Shown here piece after piece: positions 32,936-32,956 of a stretch of 32,956 nt of DNA. Source of the stretch: a virus. Lineage: Duplodnaviria; Caudoviricetes. The notes under the pieces are model-generated. The model did no database searches, had not been told where the DNA came from, and worked only from the letters and a program-made list of their open reading frames with translations. The position numbers were made by a program, and so were the translations under genes. Position 1 is the stretch's first letter. Every line of letters begins with the position of its first letter. The DNA is taken from positions 1 to 32,956 of IMG/VR virus record IMGVR_UViG_3300044787_000021. One strand, 5' to 3'.

Positions 32936-32956
32936 GACACCCTCGAAGCGTGGCGG

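Larger units (their letters stand above)
1..32956. mobile_element. Tailed phage/prophage segment, podovirus-like morphogenesis module plus accessory genes
   Basis: Co-oriented, tightly coupled (ATGA/GTGA overlaps) minus-strand genes in the order terminase-portal-scaffold-capsid-adaptor-tail-ejection proteins. No tape measure gene, no host housekeeping genes, no boundaries visible. Confidence 0.95.

Noticed and set aside
1-32956. Genome-wide TAG recoding
   Set aside because: TAG ends genes at natural boundaries (TAGTG overlap at 923, out-of-frame next start at 8590, convergent ends at 12567 and 31105). The long structural genes have no internal TAG.

Overview
The window is part of a high-GC (roughly 70% by eye) tailed phage or prophage genome with podovirus-type (P22/Mx8-like) organisation, almost all on the minus strand. 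Reading right to left in transcription order: small early/middle genes (HTH protein, VRR-NUC-like nuclease, MT-A70 adenine methyltransferase); a short plus-strand operon with a palindromic operator and a ribbon-helix-helix gene; accessory genes (zinc fingers, cpYpsA-SLOG, GNAT, P-loop kinase-like); terminase large subunit, portal, scaffold, major capsid, head/adaptor and fibre genes; a two-gene opposite-strand membrane moron; a tail nozzle-like protein; three ejection proteins (the largest carrying ParB-like and GNAT-like inserts); and an SGNH esterase truncated at the left edge. No integrase, replication, tape-measure or clear lysis genes are visible. A GCGDN lipobox hints at a Myxococcota (Kofleriaceae-like) host, which is inference. 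The most unusual items are: (1) a ~200-nt highly structured non-coding insert at ~29005-29220 that seems to split a small gene and has its own antisense promoter; (2) a bipartite motif repeated upstream of the portal and nozzle genes; (3) the polyvalent ejection protein; (4) an in-frame amber inside an otherwise intact early gene. All assignments come from manual motif reading and gene order, not from database searches.
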